Assembly: GCA_903919065.1 (NCBI GenBank)
Contig: CAIXHD010000211.1
Coordinates: 1 to 16,547, forward strand
Direction of reading: 5' to 3'
DNA from: an uncultured Bacteroidota bacterium
GTDB lineage: Bacteria > Bacteroidota > Bacteroidia > Bacteroidales > UBA12481
Length of the DNA: 16,547 nt
The translations under genes and the position numbers were made by a program. The notes under the pieces were generated by a model. The model searched no databases. It had not been told where the DNA came from and saw nothing but the letters and a program-made list of their open reading frames with translations. Positions 1 to 4,490 of the stretch are shown in pieces; the stretch's first letter is position 1, and each line of letters begins with the position of its first letter.

Positions 1-796
1 ACCCCGATTCAAACTCGAAAGTGTTCGACAGGATCAGACTATCATTCCGGCATAAATCGAATTGGCTGGTGGTGATATTTTCCTGCAATATAAAACGGGT
101 GGTATTTCGGATGGCCCAGTCTGTGATGCCTGTTGTGCCGGGGAAAACTGAGGCATCCACATTGGCTCCCGGTGAGGCGATCGTGTTTTTATCGGCATCA
201 ATCGTATCGAAATAAAAGAGCAGGTTGATTAAACCCTGTTGATTATATGCCTCCGACTGGCTGAATACCCGATCTGCCTGCAAAGAGTAGAAACTGCCAA
301 TCGTGGTGTTTTTCTGAGCGCCGAGTTTTACAGATGGGACATAGCCTATATCACCATACATCGAGGATGAATCCAATTTAAAAGTGATCGTCAACTCTTC
401 AGATTTCCGGCCATCGCGGTCGCGGACATAGAAAATCCGTGTTTCCTTTTTTGCTATCCCTTTGATAACAGTCCGGAAGTTATCGAGCTGGTTGGTATAT
501 AACGCACTGTCGATATAGGTGATCATCGAGTCCTTGATCACCGTCATGTGAAAATGGGTAAGGGCCTGGTCGCTCCCGGTTTTTGCTGATAAACCGATCC
601 TGACTGTATCGTTGAGCATCAGGGTGGTATCGGTCGTTGTAAGGCCGGGAACGGTAACGAAATTCAGGGTTGGAGCAGGATACACAGGGGCTTCCCGGGT
701 ACATCCGGCCACCAGTGCAAAAAAGCAGAGGAGAATAACGGTGAGGAGGTTATTGGGGAGAAGGCGGGACGTTATGTTTAGAGGTGCATATCGCAT
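1..796 (-). CDS. Predicted lipoprotein of unknown function. Only the N-terminal 265 codons are present; the gene runs off the left edge.
   Basis: Absent from the ORF track because there is no stop in the window. My reverse-complement translation from ATG (796-794) stays open to position 1: MRYAPLNITSRLLPNNLLTVILLCFFALVAGCTREAPVYPAPTLNFVTVPGL... A hydrophobic core is followed by an LVAGC lipobox. I recognise no family. Confidence 0.6.
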   Translation of the reverse strand, partial: MRYAPLNITSRLLPNNLLTVILLCFFALVAGCTREAPVYPAPTLNFVTVPGLTTTDTTLMLNDTVRIGLSAKTGSDQALTHFHMTVIKDSMITYIDSALYTNQLDNFRTVIKGIAKKETRIFYVRDRDGRKSEELTITFKLDSSSMYGDIGYVPSVKLGAQKNTTIGSFYSLQADRVFSQSEAYNQQGLINLLFYFDTIDADKNTIASPGANVDASVFPGTTGITDWAIRNTTRFILQENITTSQFDLCRNDSLILSNTFEFESG

Positions 797-801
797 GGAA
801 T

Positions 802-843
802 GGGTATCGGGTATCGGGTGTCGGGTTTCGGGTGTCGGGTATC
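802..843 (+). repeat. Tandem heptamer array (GGGTRTC/GGGTTTC) x6 with a G-quadruplex-capable motif on the + strand
   Basis: Read directly: GGGTATC GGGTATC GGGTGTC GGGTTTC GGGTGTC GGGTATC. GGG runs start at 802, 809, 816, 823, 830 and 837 with 4-nt spacers. The array ends 5 nt from the ATG of the minus-strand lipoprotein gene. Confidence 0.95.
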
Positions 844-857
844 AGGTAATTGTGTTC

Positions 858-917
858 GCCTGCGGCTCACTAATTGCGCGCTGCGCGCTAATTATGCGTC
901 GCTCCGCGTCGCTAATT
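858..917 (+). repeat. Three GC-rich units of 18, 18 and 24 nt, each ending in CTAATT
   Basis: gcctgcggctcaCTAATT / gcgcgctgcgcgCTAATT / atgcgtcgctccgcgtcgCTAATT, with CTAATT at 870, 888 and 912. Units 2 and 3 are internally duplicated (gcgcgct gcgcgct; gcgtcgct ccgcgtcgct). Confidence 0.6.
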
Positions 918-930
918 TGTTGGGGTTCTG

Positions 931-1010
931 TATTCCGATCTTCTTTTTCGTTCATCGGTCTTCTTCTTCGTCTATCGATTTTCTTCTTCGTCAACCGATC
1001 TTCTTCTTCG
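931..1010. repeat. Tandem 20-bp repeat x4 spanning the stop codon of the membrane-protein gene
   Basis: + strand units: tattccgatcttctttttcg / ttcatcggtcttcttcttcg / tctatcgattttcttcttcg / tcaaccgatcttcttcttcg (931-950, 951-970, 971-990, 991-1010). On the minus strand each unit begins cgaagaagaaga. Confidence 0.9.
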
Positions 1011-1565
1011 CTTAACGGCGTAAACCAAAGCTCCGGCAAGGAGTGCACCACCTGCACCAAAGAGGAAATGGGTGAAAATGGGGTACAGGTAGCCGGTTCG
1101 GGCAAATGACGGATATATGTAGCCAGTGGTAAAATGTACCACAATGCGGCTGAGTGGAATCACCATATATGCAATACCGCCGAGGGCTGCAAAGAGTATC
1201 AAATTCTCCCGGAACAGTCGGACAAACCGGTAAAGGACATCGATTACAATTCCCATCAGGATATAGATAACCGGCATGGAAGGATCACTGAAACCCATGA
1301 AAGGGAACATGACCATAAAAGCGGCTGCAAAGGTGGAAATACTTGTAGCCATTGGCAATCCTGAGGCTTTGCGTCCGATCATGAGCAGTGCCATGACCTC
1401 CAAACCATGACGTCCGGGCATTTGCATTGGAATGCGCAATTTTGCCCTGAGCACCACAGCGATGACACCTAGTACGACAAGAAACAGCACCTCCAGTACG
1501 CTGATGCTAACCGGAAATGCTCTTGATATAGTCCTTAGTTGTGACTTTCCATTCATATCCTTCAT
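972..1565 (-). CDS. Polytopic inner-membrane protein (about 5-6 TM segments), unknown function, with a charged repeat-encoded C-terminal tail
   Basis: ORF track 972..1586 begins at a TTG. The first ATGs are at 1565 (MKDMNGKS) and 1556. Hydrophobic segments include VLEVLFLVVLGVIAVVL, GLEVMALLMIG, ISTFAAAFMVMFPF, VIYILMGIVIDVL, LILFAALGGIAYMVI and FLFGAGGALLAGALVYAV. The tail is KRRRRSVDEEENR. It overlaps the upstream gene (stop at 1507) by 50-80 nt depending on the start chosen. Confidence 0.6.
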   Translation of the reverse strand: MKDMNGKSQLRTISRAFPVSISVLEVLFLVVLGVIAVVLRAKLRIPMQMPGRHGLEVMALLMIGRKASGLPMATSISTFAAAFMVMFPFMGFSDPSMPVIYILMGIVIDVLYRFVRLFRENLILFAALGGIAYMVIPLSRIVVHFTTGYIYPSFARTGYLYPIFTHFLFGAGGALLAGALVYAVKRRRRSVDEEENR

Positions 1566-2247
1566 TGTTAAGTGACCGGTCGGCAAGTATGGTAATTTTA
1601 TTATTTATCAGAACGGGGCGCATCCAATCGCCAACATTAATCAGTTCATCCTCCGGAATATCCATTCCATTGATATCCGTTACCGCATCGATTTTTATTT
1701 CGCTGAACAGTTGTTTTACCGTGTAAATATTCTTCAGTTCCCTGATCTCTCTTCCACCAACGCCGATGTATCTGCCGTCGGTCCCGAATTTTCTTAATCC
1801 GATACCAGCCAGCGAGCCGATAATTCCATCTTTGGTTCCTGTTAGTCCTTCGAGGTAGACATTTTTTCGAGCTGCAATATCGAGGGCTTCCGCCTGGGTT
1901 AAGATTTCCCTTTTTGCCCGGAGACCCCAGTTTACGATCTCGTCGTCGGCCTGATCAAACAGGCAAATGGCCAATCCGGCATCGGACCCGTCGGCGCTTT
2001 CCCGCAAAAGAAACTCGCGGGCCAGTGCAGTTAATCCGGTGAGGTTGTCGCCATCTAATTCCAGACAGGCAGAGCTGTTGTGCGAAGTGTAGGGAATGCG
2101 GCGATCGAAGAACAGCTGGTGGCGGGTGATTCCTTTCAGTACACCCAGGTTCTCCGCTTCAATTAAACGGGCCAGCTGCCGGGCACGATAGCCGGTACCC
2201 CTGCTCTCGAGGTTGTCCGTATCATCTATGCCCAGTAATATTCTCAT
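1507..2247 (-). CDS. Stand-alone TiaS N-terminal kinase-domain (TCKD/DUF1743)-like protein, 246 aa
   Basis: ATG at 2247. The N-terminus MRILLGIDDTDNLESRGTGY, the block RRIPYTSHNSSACLEL and the block KDGIIGSLAGIGL resemble, from my memory, the conserved blocks of archaeal tRNA(Ile2) agmatidine synthetase TiaS (GIDDTDS, IPYKTRGNGA, GLIGALAAVG). I see no OB-fold or zinc-ribbon region. The family call is unverified. Confidence 0.5.
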   Translation of the reverse strand: MRILLGIDDTDNLESRGTGYRARQLARLIEAENLGVLKGITRHQLFFDRRIPYTSHNSSACLELDGDNLTGLTALAREFLLRESADGSDAGLAICLFDQADDEIVNWGLRAKREILTQAEALDIAARKNVYLEGLTGTKDGIIGSLAGIGLRKFGTDGRYIGVGGREIRELKNIYTVKQLFSEIKIDAVTDINGMDIPEDELINVGDWMRPVLINNKITILADRSLNNEGYEWKVTTKDYIKSISG

Positions 2248-2298
2248 CTGAAATCCGTATTCAAAAGTTAACCGTTATGCACACAAAAGCATTTCGCA

Positions 2299-2329
2299 CA
2301 AAAATAGTTTTCCCCCGCTTAAAAGCAAA
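2299..2329 (-). promoter_or_regulatory. Candidate Bacteroidota sigma-A type promoter (-33 TTTG / -7 TATTTTTG) for the TiaS-like gene
   Basis: The minus strand reads caTTTGcttttaagcgggggaaaacTATTTTTGtg. TTTG (2329-2326) is followed by a 19-nt spacer and then TAnnTTTG (2306-2299), about 50 nt upstream of the ATG at 2247. This matches the published Bacteroides consensus TTTG-N19-21-TAnnTTTG. Confidence 0.35.
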
Positions 2330-2353
2330 TGATAAAACAACCCCGACCTGCAT

Positions 2354-2848
2354 TTATTGAATGGTTCTTGATATAAAATAGTCAAGATTGGCTTTTAGAT
2401 GAATCGCATCTAAAACAATAATGGTATCAACTTTCTGATCGGAAATTGAGATGATGCCTGATCCCTTTAGATTCAACAAGTCACTTACCTCGGCTTTATA
2501 ATCGTAAAAAATGTTTTCTGATTTATTTTCAATAAATTTCGATAGATCAACCGCATTGCCACTTGCAGTTATAACTAATAATAGATGCGGATTATTAATT
2601 CGCTGCGACAGAATATTTGCGAATGATTTGTTGCAGGTTATACAACCCTGATCACTCAATATAAGTATTTCGCTTATGTTTTTATTGAGTTGAAATTTAT
2701 GGTTAACAGCAAAATATTTTTCAAGTACCTTAAATTGATTTTCAGGCGTCTTAACTGAATGATTGGCACATGAAAAGAAAATCGTTAGTCCAATAACCAG
2801 CCTACCGAGATACCTTAAACAGTGTAAATTTTGCTTTGTTACTTTCAT
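2354..2848 (-). CDS. Small lipoprotein with a CxxC motif (possible thioredoxin fold)
   Basis: ATG at 2848. The signal plus lipobox is LVIGLTIFFSCANHS. ILILSDQGCITCNKSF has the strand-CxxC-helix layout of TlpA/thioredoxin-like proteins. The gene is AT-rich and overlaps the upstream gene by 47 nt. Confidence 0.5.
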   Translation of the reverse strand: MKVTKQNLHCLRYLGRLVIGLTIFFSCANHSVKTPENQFKVLEKYFAVNHKFQLNKNISEILILSDQGCITCNKSFANILSQRINNPHLLLVITASGNAVDLSKFIENKSENIFYDYKAEVSDLLNLKGSGIISISDQKVDTIIVLDAIHLKANLDYFISRTIQ

Positions 2849-3983
2849 AATTCTTGTTCATAGGGAAGTTCGTAGAAATTAGTAACCCTTCTTTACAAAC
2901 GATTATATTAAATGGGTCCAATTTTAAAGGAGGCATTTTAATTTCAGAGAAGTTGGTGAACGTGGAATCATAAACAAATAATGACCAGGCCCTGTAGGGA
3001 CCCCTATTATTCTTGGGAGCATTCCCATCAACGGAATGCATAACAATAACATAGAACAATTGCCTGTACTTATCGAAAAATAGTCTTGCAATTCCCCCTT
3101 GAGTCTGCAGAGTATTGCTAATTAAGTTGTTGTCCTTGAGTGTTTCCTCATTGATCGGAACCGGTGAACAACCAACTTTAGTATATTTCGATTTAATGGT
3201 TATATCTCTTTTTATGGTCAGGGAATCAGGGTCGATCTCCGAAATTTTATCTGAATATGCAGAAAAGCAGAAAAGCCTGTTTTTATTTTCTATATGATAA
3301 TAAAACTGAGATTCAACCAGAAAGGAATCGGATGTAACCAATTTTAAATAATACCCGTTTAATCCGGTTTGTAATTTAGCGGAATCAGTGAAGACATTAG
3401 TAAACTTAAAAAAATGGGGAGATGCATACATTTTCCCACAGATATACCTTAATGATTTTACGTCATCTTCGAAGGGTGCTTCTACGTGCCTCTCTCCCGC
3501 AAAGAGAAAAGAACCATTAAAGTAAAAATCCTGATAAGCTGATGAACGCAAATCATAGGATCCATGGGGCTTTAAATATTGGGTGAAATAAGCAGTTTTA
3601 AGTATAGAGCCTTTATTATCGATTAAGTACAGGTGATTGGAATATTGCGAAAGGACAAAGATGGAATCCAGATTTCTAATATAAAAATCTTCAATTTCTT
3701 CCTTTTTTATGACTTCATTCAAAGGAATTCTACAGACGGTGTCAGTATTATAGGCTACAATATCAATACACTTGTTCGTCATCGCATCCCCAAAATAGAG
3801 ATACTCTTTCCCATGGAGTTCAACAGTTCCGGAATACCTGCTCATGGGAGCATAACCCAGATTGAACTCGATATTTTCAATTTCCGTAAGAGATATTTTG
3901 CCAATATTATTGCTTTGGCAAAAAGAATTAAAAATTACTATTGCGACTAATATTATGATTATCCGGAGTCCTTTGACTTTCAT
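2802..3983 (-). CDS. DUF4221-like / 6-bladed beta-propeller-type lipoprotein (Bacteroidota-specific family), 393 aa
   Basis: ATG at 3983. The signal is MKVKGLRIIIILVAIVIFNSFCQSNN. The length and the aromatic-rich, repeated beta-strand-like composition fit my recollection of DUF4221 / BF3164-type propeller lipoproteins. The gene is AT-rich. The family call is unverified. Confidence 0.55.
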   Translation of the reverse strand: MKVKGLRIIIILVAIVIFNSFCQSNNIGKISLTEIENIEFNLGYAPMSRYSGTVELHGKEYLYFGDAMTNKCIDIVAYNTDTVCRIPLNEVIKKEEIEDFYIRNLDSIFVLSQYSNHLYLIDNKGSILKTAYFTQYLKPHGSYDLRSSAYQDFYFNGSFLFAGERHVEAPFEDDVKSLRYICGKMYASPHFFKFTNVFTDSAKLQTGLNGYYLKLVTSDSFLVESQFYYHIENKNRLFCFSAYSDKISEIDPDSLTIKRDITIKSKYTKVGCSPVPINEETLKDNNLISNTLQTQGGIARLFFDKYRQLFYVIVMHSVDGNAPKNNRGPYRAWSLFVYDSTFTNFSEIKMPPLKLDPFNIIVCKEGLLISTNFPMNKNYESNKAKFTLFKVSR

Positions 3984-4073
3984 AATCGAGAACCTTATAA
4001 AATGTGTGAATATTAATATAAAGGAACCTTTTTATTTCCATTAACACCGATATTGATTTTGTATAAAGAAGCA

Positions 4074-4124
4074 GGTATTGGGTATGGGGTATCGGGTATC
4101 GGGTATCGGGTATCGGGTTTCGGG
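4074..4124 (+). repeat. Tandem heptamer array (GGGTATC)n, about 7 units, same orientation as the 802-843 array, G-quadruplex-capable
   Basis: Read directly: GGTATT GGGTATG GGGTATC GGGTATC GGGTATC GGGTATC GGGTTTC GGG. GGG runs start at 4080, 4087, 4094, 4101, 4108, 4115 and 4122. The array is followed by the purine tract aaggaggaaggtggag. Confidence 0.95.
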
Positions 4125-4211
4125 AAGGAGGAAGGTGGAGATTCCAATGCAGAATTCCGTTTATCGAAGTTAGAGATTCAGGGCACCATGAAGTAGCAGA
4201 TCAAGTGGTAA

Positions 4212-4244
4212 GGGACGAGATCCCGTTTTTCAACGGGATGACAC
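4212..4244 (-). repeat. TGTCATCC-hairpin-GGGAYC element, copy A (minus orientation)
   Basis: The reverse complement reads gTGTCATCCcgttgaaaaacGGGATCtcgtccc. An 8-bp stem pairs 4220-4227 with 4232-4239 around the 4-nt loop 4228-4231. Confidence 0.5.
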
Positions 4245-4381
4245 TTCTTCGAGGCACACTTGAATCTTCGCCCTCGGAACTCGGAATTCTAAATTGGAAT
4301 CTCGAACATTCAACTTCAATAAGTTTCTTTCAATTCCGCAAAAGCAATCTTCCAGAAAGTGTCCAACCACGAATTCCTTTT

Positions 4382-4411
4382 CTGTCATCCTCGCGAACGC
4401 GGGGACCTTTT
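4382..4411 (+). repeat. TGTCATCC-hairpin-GGGAYC element, copy B (plus orientation, inverted relative to copy A)
   Basis: cTGTCATCCtcgcgaacgcgGGGACCtttt. A 6-bp stem (cctcgc/gcgggg, with one G-T pair) encloses a 4-nt loop. The 16-nt 6-4-6 architecture is the same as in copy A. Confidence 0.45.
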
Positions 4412-4490
4412 GGCAGCCGTACGGAGCTAAATGAGAGCACCTTTTCGCTGTCGTACCGAGCTAATTGAGAGCACCTTTCCGCCGTTGTAC
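4389..4490. repeat. 34-bp tandem repeat x3 (two close copies plus one diverged) abutting the beta-helix gene stop codon
   Basis: GTAC recurs at 4419, 4453 and 4487, an exact 34-bp period. The units are ggagctaaatgagagcaccttttcgctgtcgtac (4423-4456) and cgagctaattgagagcacctttccgccgttgtac (4457-4490). Unit 4389-4422 shares only the aaaaggt/gtac register. Confidence 0.75.

Noticed and set aside
931-1010. CRISPR array, considered for the 20-bp repeats and also for the 34-bp repeats at 4389-4490
   Set aside because: The units are directly abutting tandem repeats with no unique spacers. They are too short and too few, and no cas genes are present in the window.
612-1144. Track ORFs 612..1109 (+), 800..1015 (+) and 842..1144 (-) with odd low-complexity proteins (GIGYRVSGFGCRVSG, SSSSSIDFLL, RRRRRPMNEKEDR)
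   Set aside because: They are read-throughs of the heptamer, CTAATT and 20-bp tandem repeats, or antisense to the real minus-strand genes. Their composition is repeat-driven rather than protein-like.
3928-4041. 37-codon minus-strand ORF (MEIKRFLYINIHTFYKVLDYESQ...) overlapping the start of the DUF4221-like gene, examined as a possible NVEALA/GG-leader type precursor peptide
   Set aside because: It has no NVEALA or Gly-Gly leader motif, it overlaps the propeller gene start out of frame, and it lies in AT-rich DNA where short ORFs arise by chance.
802-4124. The two (GGGTATC)n arrays as terminal repeats of a transposon or IS element
   Set aside because: They are simple tandem arrays in direct rather than inverted orientation. 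No transposase, integrase or target-site duplication is visible. Only part of the bracketed block is compositionally foreign.
4125-4388. tRNA or other classic small RNA gene in the long intergenic gap
   Set aside because: I could find no cloverleaf and no GTTCGAATC-type T-arm with a matching acceptor stem, only isolated short hairpins. A covariance-model scan would be needed to exclude other RNA families.
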